Shown: piece after piece, positions 9,962 through 20,561 of the stretch
How the letters are laid out: every line of letters starts with the position of its first letter
How positions within the stretch are numbered: the stretch's first letter is position 1
DNA from: Candidatus Eiseniibacteriota bacterium
Lineage (GTDB): Bacteria > Eisenbacteria > RBG-16-71-46 > CAIMUX01 > VGJL01
Assembly: GCA_041946735.1 (NCBI GenBank)
Contig: JBHGAY010000003.1
Coordinates: 32,001 to 96,000, forward strand
DNA: 64,000 nt
Direction: 5' to 3'
Notes under the pieces: generated by a model
The model's input: only the letters and a program-made list of their open reading frames with translations
Told to the model about the DNA's origin: nothing
Databases searched by the model: none
Made by a program: the position numbers and the translations under genes

Positions 9962-10750
9962 GTGTTGCAGGTTCTTTCGAACGTCTCGGGGCGGGCGCTC
10001 CACGTCTGGCGCCGCGACTTCGACGTCTATCTCACGACGTGGAAGACGAACTTCCTTCCGCCGCTGCTCGAGCCGGTCTTCTACGTGCTGGCGTTTGGGC
10101 TCGGCCTCGGGTCGCTGATCGGAAGCCTCACCTATCAGGGGAGGCCGGTCGGCTATCTCGAGTTCATGGCGCCCGGCGTCGTGGCGGTCGCGATCATGTT
10201 CTGGGCGTTTTTCGAGACCACCTACTCCTCGTTCGTCCGCATGTACTTCCAGAAGACCTTCGACGCGATCATTGCCACCCCTCTTCTCGTCGAGGACGTC
10301 ATCGTGGGCGAGCTGCTCTGGGGAATGACGAAGTCCGTGCTCGCCTCGTCGATCATGATTGTGATCCTGAGCCTCTTCGGGCTCGTCTCCTATCCCTCGG
10401 CGCTCGTGGTGCTGCCGCTGGCGTTCCTCGGCGGGTTGCTGTTCGCCGCGCTCGGGCTCATCACCACGGCGCTCGTCCCGAGCATCGACACGTTCAACCT
10501 GCCGATCTTCCTCTTTGTCTTTCCGATGTTCATGTTCAGCGGCACTTTCTTCCCGATCGATATCCTTCCGCTCTGGGCGCGCGCCATCGCGTGGGTGTTG
10601 CCGCTCACCCATGTCTCCTTCCTCGTTCGCGGGGCGTTCCTCGGGTGGCCGGTGCCGCAGGCGCTGGGTCACGTCGCCTATCTCGTCGCCTTGACCGCCG
10701 CCGCCTTCGTGCTCGCGCTCGTGCTCATGAAGAGACGGCTGGTCAAGTAG
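9962..10750 (+). CDS. ABC-2 permease (NodJ-like)
   Basis: VWRRDF, LLEPVFYVLAFGLGLG, YLEFMAPG, FSGTFFP; GTG with GAGGAGG RBS. Confidence 0.88.
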   Translation: MLQVLSNVSGRALHVWRRDFDVYLTTWKTNFLPPLLEPVFYVLAFGLGLGSLIGSLTYQGRPVGYLEFMAPGVVAVAIMFWAFFETTYSSFVRMYFQKTFDAIIATPLLVEDVIVGELLWGMTKSVLASSIMIVILSLFGLVSYPSALVVLPLAFLGGLLFAALGLITTALVPSIDTFNLPIFLFVFPMFMFSGTFFPIDILPLWARAIAWVLPLTHVSFLVRGAFLGWPVPQALGHVAYLVALTAAAFVLALVLMKRRLVK

Positions 10751-10824
10751 CCGGCAGGCTTATAGGCAGGCCGGCCGGCAGGCTGGTAGGCAGGCCTAGG
10801 CAGGAAGGCAGGCAGGCAGGAAGG
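10751..10824. repeat. Degenerate (TA)GGCAGG tandem tract between convergent genes
   Basis: About 7 GGCAGG units in 74 bp. Confidence 0.7.
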
Positions 10825-10830
10825 CTTCGA

Positions 10831-12309
10831 CTACCGGACTCGCTCGAAATCGATGAAACCGTTCTCGACGTCGGTCGAGACGAGCCGCACGTGCACCCGG
10901 TCGCCGACGTCCAGGCCCTTCACGCCGGCCACGACCTTTCCTTCAACCGGGGGATGGAAGATGCGCACCCACGTTCCCTTCGCCGCCGCGCCGGTGACGA
11001 TCCCTTCGAACGTGTCGCCGATCCGCTTCTCGAGAACGAGCGCCGCCGCGGACTTGCGCAGCGCGCGCTCCACCTTCTCCGCGTCGTTCTCCTTCGTCGT
11101 GCAGTGGCGGGCGAGAGCGGCGAGCGGTCCTTCGGCGTAAGGCTGCGGCGATCCCGCCAGCGCGGACTTGAGGAGACGCTGGGTGAGGAGATCCGGGAAG
11201 CGGCGGTTCGGCGCGGTCGAATGGGTGTAGTCCTGCACGGCGAGACCGAAGTGGCCCTCGGCCGCTTCGCCGGGCGATTCCACCACGTACTCCCCGCGTC
11301 CCAGTAGCTTGATTACGGCGAGCGAGAGATCGGGGAAGCCGAGCGGGTCGGCCGCCTTCCGGCTCATCAGAAACTCCTCGAGGCGGGCGGCGTCGGGCTC
11401 GGACGGCAGCCACTCGCCGTGCTCGCGCGCGAGATCGACAATGCGTCCCCAGCGATCAGGGGAGCGCACGACCCTTCGGATCGAGGGGACCCCCTTTCGC
11501 ATCAGGAAGCGGGCGGTGGCGCCGTTGGCGGCGATCATGAAGTCCTCGATGAGATCCTTGGCGGCGTTGCGCATCTCGATCGACAGGTCTCGAATGTCCT
11601 CACCGTGGAAGATCGAGCGTGTCTGCACGGTCTCGAGATCGAGCGCCCCGTGCTCGTGGCGCGACTCGCGCAGCCTGCCGGCCACCTCGTCCTGAATGCG
11701 CAGGTTCGCGGCGAGGTCGGGGAGGCCGGTCAGCCGGTCCGGAGGGGGAGCGGTCCCGGCGAGCCAGGCGCCCACGCTGTCGTAGGCGAGCTTCGCATGG
11801 TTGCGGACGAGGGCGGGGTAGATCTCCGCGTCCCGGACGACCCCTGCGCCGTCGACCACCATCTCGACCACGATTGCGGAACGGTCCTCGTTCTCGTTCA
11901 GGGAGGTCATGTCGGTCGAGAGCGCCTCGGGGAGCATCGGAAAGATGACCGCCGGGGTGTAGACCGAGGTCGTGTTTCGTTCGGCGTGATCGTCGACCGC
12001 GGAGTCCTTGCGGACGAGGCGATCCACATTGGCGACGGCGACGAGGATCGTGGTATCGCCATCGCTCGTCTCCGCCGCGACGGTCAGCTGATCGAGGTCG
12101 CGCGAGTCGTCGTTGTCGATCGAAGCCCACAGGAGATGCCGGAGATCCCGCTCTCCGTCCCCGTTGGATGCGACGGGGCGTTCCCGTTCGAGCTGCTGGA
12201 CCTCTCGCTGGGCCGAATCGGAGAAATCGGGGAAGAACCCGCGCTCGAGCATCGCCCGACGCGCGATCGCCCGCAGGCGGGCACGATGGGACAGTTCCTG
12301 TGGTGACAT
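10831..12309 (-). CDS. RNB-domain exoribonuclease (RNase II/R family, short form)
   Basis: SIDNDDSRDLDQ, SVYTP..IFPMLP, IEDFMIAAN, HFGLA..YTHSTAPNRRFPDL, C-terminal S1-like domain. Confidence 0.92.
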   Translation of the reverse strand: MSPQELSHRARLRAIARRAMLERGFFPDFSDSAQREVQQLERERPVASNGDGERDLRHLLWASIDNDDSRDLDQLTVAAETSDGDTTILVAVANVDRLVRKDSAVDDHAERNTTSVYTPAVIFPMLPEALSTDMTSLNENEDRSAIVVEMVVDGAGVVRDAEIYPALVRNHAKLAYDSVGAWLAGTAPPPDRLTGLPDLAANLRIQDEVAGRLRESRHEHGALDLETVQTRSIFHGEDIRDLSIEMRNAAKDLIEDFMIAANGATARFLMRKGVPSIRRVVRSPDRWGRIVDLAREHGEWLPSEPDAARLEEFLMSRKAADPLGFPDLSLAVIKLLGRGEYVVESPGEAAEGHFGLAVQDYTHSTAPNRRFPDLLTQRLLKSALAGSPQPYAEGPLAALARHCTTKENDAEKVERALRKSAAALVLEKRIGDTFEGIVTGAAAKGTWVRIFHPPVEGKVVAGVKGLDVGDRVHVRLVSTDVENGFIDFERVR

Positions 12310-12447
12310 GCGCGGATTCTAGCTTCTCGGCGGGCTCGGCCTATAGCTCTCTCCAAGCCTCCAAGCCCTCCGAGTCCTCTTCTTGCCGTCTTCTGGTCCT
12401 CTTCCGGCCCCCTCCCGGCCCTTGGCCGGCTTCTCGCTTTCGACGAT

Positions 12448-13572
12448 CTACTCGGCGCCGCAAGGGAAGCGATCCGGCATCGCAGCCAGGCGGTCCAGAG
12501 CTTCGGCCGGCACCTGCTGGAGGAAGGCAGTCTTCGCGTACGAGCGACCGATCAGCTGCCGGTTGGCGTCGAGCGAGTAGTCGGTCCAGCGGTCGCGCAA
12601 GTCCCCGGATCCTTTCTCGTTCACATCGAGAATCCGGACCGGGGAGGAGCACGAGAAGTCCAGATCGGCCAGGAGGATCGTCTTCACGCCCCGGCTCTCT
12701 TTGGTCCGGAACTGGATCGCCAGGGTCACCGGGTCGTAGACGATGCTCCACTGTGTTCGCGCCTTCTGAGACACGTCGTCGAGCAGGCGGAAGAGGTCCG
12801 CGGCTTCCGCGCGGCGCGCGCCCGAGGCGAGAGCCCGGCAGCCGGACGCCGCCCGCGCGAACCGGCCGAGCGACGACTCGGAGCGCGGCAGCCGCTCGTG
12901 GCCGCCGAATCCTTCGTGCCTTTGCAGGAAACGCTCGGAGTCGGTGTAGGTGTCGTTCGTCAACACCGGCGTCTCCATCGGCGCGACCTGCGTCCGCCCA
13001 TCGCCCGCCGGGCTCCGAGCATGGGTGCGATGCACGACCGCCTTGCCGTCGAGATACTCCACGGACGCGGTCTCGCCGGTCCGGTCCGCCACGAAGAAGT
13101 GCAGCTCGACCGAGCCGGAGCAACGAACCCGATCGAGGCTGGCGATGACTTCCTCGACCGTCGCGGAGGAGTCGAGCTGGTACTGGATCCATTGGACGGC
13201 GGGAAGGCTCAGCCTTTCGTCCTCCGAGGGAAAGACCGTCCCTTCGAGCCATAGAACCTCGACGACGAGCCCGGCCTCGTTCATCCCTCCCTGAGGAAAA
13301 TCGCGACCATACTGGTTGAACGTCACGCTTCCATGCTGGGACGTCCAGACGCCGGCCTGCGATGACGCGTCGTAGCCCGCGACCTTCGTCGCTCCCCGCT
13401 TGTTGACGAGAACGAGGCCGTCCGAGAAGTCCCAATCGTAGTTGCGCCCGACCAGGACCTGCCCGCGAGCGTCGACCGTGAAGCAGGTGCAGGCGGCCGC
13501 GAGGGAGCTCGCACCGGCCACGCCGCAGGCGAAGGCGAAGAGGGCTGCGATCCGGATCGAACGAACACGCAT
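12448..13572 (-). CDS. Exported choloylglycine hydrolase/penicillin V acylase family (Ntn) hydrolase
   Basis: Signal peptide followed by catalytic Cys (CTCF), GRNYDW, GMNEAGL, IQYQLD, LTND. Confidence 0.88.
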   Translation of the reverse strand: MRVRSIRIAALFAFACGVAGASSLAAACTCFTVDARGQVLVGRNYDWDFSDGLVLVNKRGATKVAGYDASSQAGVWTSQHGSVTFNQYGRDFPQGGMNEAGLVVEVLWLEGTVFPSEDERLSLPAVQWIQYQLDSSATVEEVIASLDRVRCSGSVELHFFVADRTGETASVEYLDGKAVVHRTHARSPAGDGRTQVAPMETPVLTNDTYTDSERFLQRHEGFGGHERLPRSESSLGRFARAASGCRALASGARRAEAADLFRLLDDVSQKARTQWSIVYDPVTLAIQFRTKESRGVKTILLADLDFSCSSPVRILDVNEKGSGDLRDRWTDYSLDANRQLIGRSYAKTAFLQQVPAEALDRLAAMPDRFPCGAE

Positions 13573-13684
13573 CTCGCACCTCCCCGCATTCGGCGGCCTG
13601 TGAGGCCGGCCTGTGAGGCGGATGCCGGGCGGCTGGGCCGCCGCCCGGCGCTTCGATTCTCCGTCCCTGCTTCTGACCGGGCGA

Positions 13685-16015
13685 TCAGCGAACCAGGACC
13701 CAGCGCCCCGTTTCGCGTATTCCCTCCCCGGTCACCTCATAGTAGTAGGTCCCGTTGGGAGCGAGCGATCCGTCCGCCTTCCGGCCGTCCCACCGCCAGG
13801 AGAGCCCGCTCTCGGCGGCGATCGTCTGCGCTGACAAGACGTTCCTGCCCGCTGCGTCGAGAATGCGGATGGAGACGCGACCCGTGACGGGCAGCGAAAG
13901 CTGGAGCTGCGAGCTCGTCGCGAACGGATTCGGGTAGGCGCGCGCGGCGAGGCGCTCGCTCCCGGGAACCGGCTCCACTGCGGCTGGATCGAGAGAGATC
14001 CTTCGGACTCCGTGGCCGCGTGACGAGCAGAAGAGGTGGTTCGTGTCCTGGCCGTAGCAGATTCCCCAGATCACGCCGGTCTCGATCCCCGTGTTCAACG
14101 CGCTCCAGTTGAGCCCATCATCGTGGCTGACGTAGACGCCGAGGCGGTTGCGGCCGGCGTAGACGTCCGTCGTCAGATAGCCCAGACCGGACCAGATGAC
14201 GCCGCTCAAGCCCACGTACGACCAGGTCTGGCCATAGTCCGTCGACTTGAACTCGCCCGTATCGGTTCCGACGAAGAGGGTCGATGGATCGAAGTCGCGG
14301 GCGACCATGCCCGAGATGACGGTCGGCGCTCCGAGACCTGTCGACGGCGTGAACGTGGCGCCGAAGTCATCGGAGTAGTAGGTCTGGGTCGTCAGCTGCT
14401 GATAGACCGCGTGGAGGCGTAGCCCGCCGCCGGGCTTCTGGCCGATCACGAGAGCCGGGAAGAGGCCTGCCGTGATTCCCTGGCCGCCGAGAGTCCAGTG
14501 ATCGCCTCCGTCATCGGAACGCCAGATCCTCGTGGAAGCTCCTTCGCCGGCCCACACCCGCAGAGGATTCGTGGGATCGACGACCACCCCCTGGATGTAG
14601 GTGCCGCCGAAGCCGACGAGCTGCCAGCTCTCTCCATGATCGATCGAGCGATACAATCCCTCCCACGTGGAAGCGAACATGGTGTCGCTCGAGTACTGGA
14701 AGTGGTTGTCCGGGGAGAATGTGTATAAGGACCAGTTTTGCAGGCCGTTGGACTTCATCTCCCAGGTGATGCCTCGGTCGGTGCTCCGCCAGATGCCGCT
14801 AGCGTCGGAACCTGCCCACAGCTCGTCGCGGTCGGCATAGTAGGCGAGGGCGTAGACGTAGGAGTCATCGATTCCGGTCTGCGAGACGTACCAGGGCGAA
14901 GCCGGGCCCGGCGAGCGATAGACCCCACCCCAATGGCCGTAGAGGATGCCCGCCGACGAGATTCCTCCCGCCTGCCAGAAGCTTGCGACGATCCCTTCGT
15001 TGTAGTTCGTCCAAGTGGCCCCGTCGTCGGTGCTCTGATAGACGCCGCCACCGCTCGGACCGTCCGCGATGATCGCCGCATAGAGCACGCCGTCCTTGTA
15101 CAGCGGCGGACCGTAGCCGGCGCCTGTCAGGACCAGGGTCCAGTCGGTGCCGCCGTTCGTGGTCTTGTAGACGCCGTCGGTCGTCTGCATGAAGACGTGG
15201 TCCGGGTTCTGCGGGTCGACCCACAGTCCCCAAGCATCCGTGTTCGGACCCTGGGGCGTCCAAGTAAGCCCGGCATCGTCGCTGCGATAGATCGGTGGCA
15301 CCGTGCCGCTCATCACCACATACATGCGGTTGGGGTTGGCAGCGCTCGTGCCGAATCCCTTCATGAAGCCGGCGTTGACCCCGACCGTCTGCCAGGTCGC
15401 GCCACGGTCCGTGGAGCGACGGATTCCTCCGTTACTGGGCAGACCTGCGATCAGGATGTTCGGATCATCGTATTGGACGCCGACACCAAGGACGATCTGG
15501 CCTGCGAGAGACACGAACGTCCAGGTCGTGCCCGAGTCGGTGGAGCGGTAGAGGCCGTCATAGACGGCGGCGTAGAAGACACCCTGCTCGGATGGCGAAA
15601 CGCACACCGCCTGGATCGGCTTGCCGAGGATCGCGCCATCGTACCAGTGGATTCCTCCATCGTCGCTCAGCCAGATCCCGCCAGCCTCGCGAGCGCCTGT
15701 GTATCCGGCGCCGCAGATCACGCGGGAAGGATTGTGAGGGTCGGCGACGAGGGCTCGGATGTTCCCGCCCCACGGACCCCGGCCGTCCCACAGCCCGGCG
15801 CCGCGATCGCCTTGTGGGATGGCGCTCTCCGCCTCGAGGTACCCCGGGCGAAGCGGCGAGTCGGACGGAGTGGGAGTGAAGCTCTCCTCGACGACCGCGT
15901 GTCCCGCCGCGGTCCTCGTGACAGCGAAGGAGTGCGCGGGCAGCATCAGGAAGAGCGCGCAAGCCAAGGCGCTCCACAGCACGGCAGTGGAGACAGAGAC
16001 GATCCCAATGCGCAT
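13685..16015 (-). CDS. Secreted BNR/Asp-box beta-propeller protein with C-terminal FlgD-Ig-like domain
   Basis: Many S/T-x-D-x-G-x-T-W boxes; C-terminal YPNPF...WDGR...APNGTYY; AGGAG before ATG 16015. Confidence 0.85.
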   Translation of the reverse strand: MRIGIVSVSTAVLWSALACALFLMLPAHSFAVTRTAAGHAVVEESFTPTPSDSPLRPGYLEAESAIPQGDRGAGLWDGRGPWGGNIRALVADPHNPSRVICGAGYTGAREAGGIWLSDDGGIHWYDGAILGKPIQAVCVSPSEQGVFYAAVYDGLYRSTDSGTTWTFVSLAGQIVLGVGVQYDDPNILIAGLPSNGGIRRSTDRGATWQTVGVNAGFMKGFGTSAANPNRMYVVMSGTVPPIYRSDDAGLTWTPQGPNTDAWGLWVDPQNPDHVFMQTTDGVYKTTNGGTDWTLVLTGAGYGPPLYKDGVLYAAIIADGPSGGGVYQSTDDGATWTNYNEGIVASFWQAGGISSAGILYGHWGGVYRSPGPASPWYVSQTGIDDSYVYALAYYADRDELWAGSDASGIWRSTDRGITWEMKSNGLQNWSLYTFSPDNHFQYSSDTMFASTWEGLYRSIDHGESWQLVGFGGTYIQGVVVDPTNPLRVWAGEGASTRIWRSDDGGDHWTLGGQGITAGLFPALVIGQKPGGGLRLHAVYQQLTTQTYYSDDFGATFTPSTGLGAPTVISGMVARDFDPSTLFVGTDTGEFKSTDYGQTWSYVGLSGVIWSGLGYLTTDVYAGRNRLGVYVSHDDGLNWSALNTGIETGVIWGICYGQDTNHLFCSSRGHGVRRISLDPAAVEPVPGSERLAARAYPNPFATSSQLQLSLPVTGRVSIRILDAAGRNVLSAQTIAAESGLSWRWDGRKADGSLAPNGTYYYEVTGEGIRETGRWVLVR

Positions 16016-16183
16016 CTTGAAGACTCCTTTCTTCCGCCAGTCGCACATCACGACTGGACGACCGCGGTGGAGGCTACGCTCGTCGGCGGGCGCGTTCAAG
16101 CATCGAACCGGTTGATGGGCGGCGAACGAATCGAGGTGTCGTCGGCGAGAGGCTGGCGCGAAAAGCGGAGCGCGCCTTCCGTC

Positions 16184-17446
16184 TCACCTGCGGTGGCGCG
16201 AGACCGCCAATCCAACGAGCGCCATCGTCGCGAATGCGGCGCCGAGATGGAACGTCGCCGCAGGCCCGTAGGCGCTCCACAACGCTCCGGCGAAGACGCT
16301 GGCGAGTAGCAACGCGCCGCCCGTAACGAGATTGAAGACACCGAAGGCGCTGCCGAGAAGATCGGGGGGGGCAGTGTCGGCGACCAGCTTCGAGAAGAGT
16401 CCCTGCGTGAGACCGAGGTGCGCGCCCCACAGAGCGGCGCCGGCGAACGCGAGCAGGGGAGACTTCGCGGCGCCGAGTACGAGGTCGGCCCCGATCAGCA
16501 TTCCCAGGCCGAAGATGAGGAGCGTCCGCGCGCGGAATCGATCCGCGGCAGCTCCCGCTGGATAGGCGACGGCCGTGTAGACGACGTTCATCACGATCAG
16601 CACGAGCGGCACGTGGCCCAGGCTGAGTCCGACGTTCTGAGCGCGCAGGACGAGGAACGCTTCGCTGAATCGCGCCAACGTGAACAATCCTCCGACGACG
16701 ACCACCAGCCAGTAGCGCAGGCCGAGGCGGCGGGCATGAGCGACGGTCAATCCGGACCTCGCGCCCGGCTGCGCTCCTTCCGGCTCGTGCACTCCGAAGA
16801 CGAGGAGCGCCACCGAAACGAACGCGGGCACGACGGCGATCCAGAGGACGGATCGGATGTCGTCGGCGAACCACGCCATCGCGAGGAGCGCCAGCAGAGG
16901 ACCGACGAACGCTCCGACCGAGTCGAGCGACTGTCGCAACCCGTATGCAGCGCCCCGCAGCTCGCGCGGGGCGATCTCCGCGACGAGCGCGTCTCGGGGC
17001 GCTCCGCGAATGCCTTTTCCGACCCGGTCGACGAAGCGCGCTCCGAACACCCAGCCGACCGATTGCGCGAGCGGGAAGATCGGCTTCGTGAGGGCCGCGA
17101 CTCCGTAGCCGAGCGCCGCAAGCAGCTTCCGCTTGCCGAGGTAGTCGCTGATCGCTCCCGAGAAGACCTTGGTGACCGCGGCGGTCGCCTCCGCAACTCC
17201 CTCGATGACGCCGACCGTCGTCATCGAAGCCCCGAGCACGGAGACCAGGAAGACGGGAAGCAGGCTATGGATCAGCTCGGAGGAGGTGTCCATGAACATC
17301 GAGACGAGCCCAAGAGCCCAGATACCTCCGGGGAGGGCTCGCAGGCCGCCACGGCGCGTTCCGGAATCAGGTGGTGTATCCGGCGGCTGGGAGGGGGCCG
17401 ACCCGGGAGTCGGTCCGGCGTCCTTGGGAGGGAGCTTCGGCCTCAT
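16184..17446 (-). CDS. MFS transporter
   Basis: About 12 hydrophobic segments; D.SSELIHSLLP, GAISDYLGKRK, DRVGKGIRGAPRDAL. Confidence 0.9.
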   Translation of the reverse strand: MRPKLPPKDAGPTPGSAPSQPPDTPPDSGTRRGGLRALPGGIWALGLVSMFMDTSSELIHSLLPVFLVSVLGASMTTVGVIEGVAEATAAVTKVFSGAISDYLGKRKLLAALGYGVAALTKPIFPLAQSVGWVFGARFVDRVGKGIRGAPRDALVAEIAPRELRGAAYGLRQSLDSVGAFVGPLLALLAMAWFADDIRSVLWIAVVPAFVSVALLVFGVHEPEGAQPGARSGLTVAHARRLGLRYWLVVVVGGLFTLARFSEAFLVLRAQNVGLSLGHVPLVLIVMNVVYTAVAYPAGAAADRFRARTLLIFGLGMLIGADLVLGAAKSPLLAFAGAALWGAHLGLTQGLFSKLVADTAPPDLLGSAFGVFNLVTGGALLLASVFAGALWSAYGPAATFHLGAAFATMALVGLAVSRHRR

Positions 17447-17476
17447 GCAGTGGGCGACGGCTGGGAGGGCGTTCTT

Positions 17477-19285
17477 CTAGACGAAGTACGCCTTGACCAC
17501 GTATTGCTGCAGCATCCGCTGAGCGTTGAAGAAGGATCCGTTCAAGGCGATCGCGTGACGCATCACGTCGATGTAGCGATCTCTCTCGCGATAGAACTGC
17601 GGGACGATCAGCTGCTCCAGGCGATCGTACAACGACTCCGCATCCGCGGCCGACCGTTCCTGATCTCCCAGGGCCGCTGTTGCCCCGTCCCCGATCGACC
17701 ATCCGGTCCGTCCCTCGATGCAGCCTTCGATCCACCAGCCGTCGAGGATGCTGAGGCTCGGCACACCGTTGACCGCGGCCTTCATGCCGCTCGTCCCCGA
17801 GGCTTCCATCGGAGGCTGGGGAGTGTTCAGCCATAGATCGACGCCTGAGGTGATCCGCTGGCCGAGCTCCCAGTCGTAATCCGGCAGGTAGACCACCGGA
17901 ACGGCATCACCGAGCGCCGACTTGGCGGCGAAGACCCGCTTGATCAGCTCCTTCCCCGGGTAGTCCTGCGGATGCGCCTTGCCCGCGTACACGATCTGGA
18001 CCTTGCCGATCTTGCTGGCGATCGCGCGCAAACGATCGAGATTCTGGAACAGGAGATCTGCCCGCTTGTACGTCGCGGCCCTCCGCGCGAAGCCGATCGT
18101 GAGGACATCAGGGGACAGGCGGGTCCCGGTATCGATCGCGATCCTGTCGAGCAGCGCTTGCTTCGCCTGCCTGTGGGCGTCCCAGATCTCATAGGTCGGG
18201 ATGCCGAGCGCATAGCGAAGGCTGAACGGATCCTCCCGCCACCCGGGGATGTAGCGGTCGAACAGCTCGTGAAACGACGGAGCGGCCCACGTCGCAGCGT
18301 GCACTCCGTTCGTGATGGCGTCGATCCGGTAGCCGGCGAACAGAAGGCGGGAGATCTCGCCGTGCCGCTTGGCGACGCCGTTGACGTAGTGGCTGAGACT
18401 GAGAGCGAGGTAGGTCATGTTCAGCTTGTGACCGCCGGCGAGGAGCGCTGGAAGGCTGGTTTCTCCCGTAGCCTGAAACAGTTCGGCGGCCAGCTTGAGG
18501 CTGATCGGGTCCTTCATCTCCAGGAACATCTCCGGCATCCCGAACTTTGCGTGGATCAGCTCGGTGGGGAACTGATCCTGCCCGGCGGCCACCGGGGTGT
18601 GCGTCGTGAAGATGCACTTGGCGCGAACCGCCTCGATGTCGGCTGTCACGGCAGTCTGCCGGTCGGACTTGCCGACTTCTTCGCGGAGCAGCTCGACGGT
18701 CAGGAACGCCGCGTGGCCCTCATTCATATGGAAGCGGCCGATCTCGGAATACCCGAGAGCGCGGAGCATCCGCACGCCGCCGATGCCGAGAATCACCTCC
18801 TGGCAGAGTCGATAGGTGAGGTCGCCGCCGTAGAGATAGTCGGTGAGCGTACGATCCGACTCGGCATTTTCGGGGAGATCGACATCGAGCAGATAGACGG
18901 GGACGTAGAACTCCGAGCCCGCCTGCGCCGTCGCCCTGTACTTCCACGCGCGGATCCAGACCGGCCGTCCCTCGAGATTGATCGAGACGCGCGCCGGCAT
19001 CTCCTCGGCGTGCTCCTCGACCTTCCATCGGGCCGGCTCCTCCGTCTGCCATCCGGACGGATCGAGGCGCTGGCGGAAGTAGCCTTTGTGGTGGACGAGC
19101 GAAACGGCGACCATCGGCAGCTGGAGATCGACCGCCGCCCGAATCGTATCCCCGGCCAGCATCCCGAGCCCGCCGCTATAGGTGGGGATCTCCGGCCGCA
19201 ACGCGATCTCCATCGAGAAGTATGCCACGAGGGGCATCCGGTGGATGGGAGACCGCGGCAAGGTTTGCGACTCCTGCGCATCCAT
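17477..19285 (-). CDS. glgP: Alpha-glucan (glycogen/maltodextrin) phosphorylase
   Basis: [42 protein letters not shown]-lysine motif EASGTSGMK. Confidence 0.95.
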   Translation of the reverse strand: MDAQESQTLPRSPIHRMPLVAYFSMEIALRPEIPTYSGGLGMLAGDTIRAAVDLQLPMVAVSLVHHKGYFRQRLDPSGWQTEEPARWKVEEHAEEMPARVSINLEGRPVWIRAWKYRATAQAGSEFYVPVYLLDVDLPENAESDRTLTDYLYGGDLTYRLCQEVILGIGGVRMLRALGYSEIGRFHMNEGHAAFLTVELLREEVGKSDRQTAVTADIEAVRAKCIFTTHTPVAAGQDQFPTELIHAKFGMPEMFLEMKDPISLKLAAELFQATGETSLPALLAGGHKLNMTYLALSLSHYVNGVAKRHGEISRLLFAGYRIDAITNGVHAATWAAPSFHELFDRYIPGWREDPFSLRYALGIPTYEIWDAHRQAKQALLDRIAIDTGTRLSPDVLTIGFARRAATYKRADLLFQNLDRLRAIASKIGKVQIVYAGKAHPQDYPGKELIKRVFAAKSALGDAVPVVYLPDYDWELGQRITSGVDLWLNTPQPPMEASGTSGMKAAVNGVPSLSILDGWWIEGCIEGRTGWSIGDGATAALGDQERSAADAESLYDRLEQLIVPQFYRERDRYIDVMRHAIALNGSFFNAQRMLQQYVVKAYFV

Positions 19286-19453
19286 CAGGCAAGCAGCTTA
19301 GTCGATGGTCCGCGCCGCGTCAGCATCGTTCTTTGGGACGCCGCCGAGGCGGTAGAGCGGGCGCGGGCGAGCGGGCGGCGAGGCGAGCGGGTGCGAGCGA
19401 GCGGATGCCGGGGCGAGCAGGTGCTGAGGCGGGCGACCGCGATTCGGGACTGG

Positions 19454-20017
19454 CTACGGGAGACGACGACCCTCGAGATCGGCCAGCAATGCCTCGGCGT
19501 CGCGCGGATGGCGGAGGCGATGGACCGTCGTATCGACTCGCTCCGTCCCGTTCCCTTTGCTCACCAGGATCCGCTCATACTCGACGTGATTCCTGCGATG
19601 AGTCGTGATCACCCAGACGAGAATCGACTCTCGGCTGAAGAACGAGGCGCGGAAGCTCTCGCGATTGCCGCTGAACAGCTCCTCCTTGGTCAGAGCTCGC
19701 GCGATCGTGCGACGGAGGGCGCGCAAGAAGACGAGCGGGAACGAGTAGTCGAGCCAGACGATCGCGGTGGCGCGCGGCCAGCAGAGGTGCCTCACGCGGG
19801 AGTAGTTACCATCGATCACCCACCGTTCCTCGGCCCCTGCCGCTGCCACGCGCTCCTGGAAGACCTCCGCGGGAACCGGGGTCCAGTCGGGTCCCCAGAA
19901 GAGGGCGTCGAGTTCCACGTGGGCGGATCCGGTCGCGGCGGAGAGGCGCCGGGCGAACGAAGTCTTGCCGGAGCAGCTTGTTCCGATCACGACGGTTCTA
20001 CGGAAGTCGGAGGACAT
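19454..20017 (-). CDS. P-loop kinase (adenylate kinase-like / FlaR topology-modulation family)
   Basis: IGTSCSGKTS, ELDALFWGPDW, WVIDGNYS. Confidence 0.8.
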   Translation of the reverse strand: MSSDFRRTVVIGTSCSGKTSFARRLSAATGSAHVELDALFWGPDWTPVPAEVFQERVAAAGAEERWVIDGNYSRVRHLCWPRATAIVWLDYSFPLVFLRALRRTIARALTKEELFSGNRESFRASFFSRESILVWVITTHRRNHVEYERILVSKGNGTERVDTTVHRLRHPRDAEALLADLEGRRLP

Positions 20018-20144
20018 GGCGCGAAAGTGTACACCAGTCCAGGCGGCCGCTTGGCGTCGCCGTGCGTCGGCGGCTCTCGAGGGGGGGAGCCCGATGCGGG
20101 CGAAAGATCCGTCCTTTCATCGCCGGCTTTCGCTATCCCGAATC

Positions 20145-20408
20145 ATGCGGCGATCCCCCTGGGACGACCACCTTGCCGATATCACGACCCCGATCCTTTA
20201 CGTCGAGGCTGTGGGAGGTGGCGGGCCCTACGGGAAACACACCCTCGATCTCATCTCCAGCACCGACGTCACGATCCTGAGCTTCGGCTTCCATCCGCCG
20301 GAGGAGATCCTGCTCGAGTTCGCGCACATCGACCTGTTCTTGGCGAGGGACAACGCCTCCTTCGTCTGGACGCCGGTCTGCGACTGGGTCCTCGACCACA
20401 CGCCCTGA
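20145..20408 (+). pseudogene. C-terminal remnant of an alpha/beta-hydrolase-like gene
   Basis: PWDDHLADITTPILYV...FAHIDLF...VWTPVCDWV reads as a hydrolase C-terminus; there is no N-terminal part or RBS. Confidence 0.5.
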
Positions 20409-20435
20409 CATCTTCTCGGCCTCCGTTTCACGCAT

Positions 20436-20470
20436 CGACCCCGCCCCGGCTCTCGGCCGGGGCGGGGTCG
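20436..20470. terminator. Perfect 15 bp GC stem-loop between convergent genes
   Basis: CGACCCCGCCCCGGC-tctcg-GCCGGGGCGGGGTCG; no clear U-tract. Confidence 0.5.
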
Positions 20471-20561
20471 CCGTGATCGCCGAGCGGCCCGGCCCGGCGG
20501 CCGCCGGCCCGTTTCCGCCGGGTGCGACGAGGTCGGAACCCGCTGGACTACGATCAGCATG

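Noticed and set aside
8965..10750. Nod-factor export (nodIJ)
   Set aside because: Family resemblance only; there are no nodABC genes and such ABC pairs are widespread, so no gene symbol was assigned.
17972..20476. Long antisense or alternative-frame ORFs (e.g. 834 aa here; also 26238-28250, 29762-31762, 48077-50227, 57094-59055)
   Set aside because: They are shadows of real genes in high-GC DNA: Arg/Gly/Pro-rich, motif-free, and opposite well-supported CDS.
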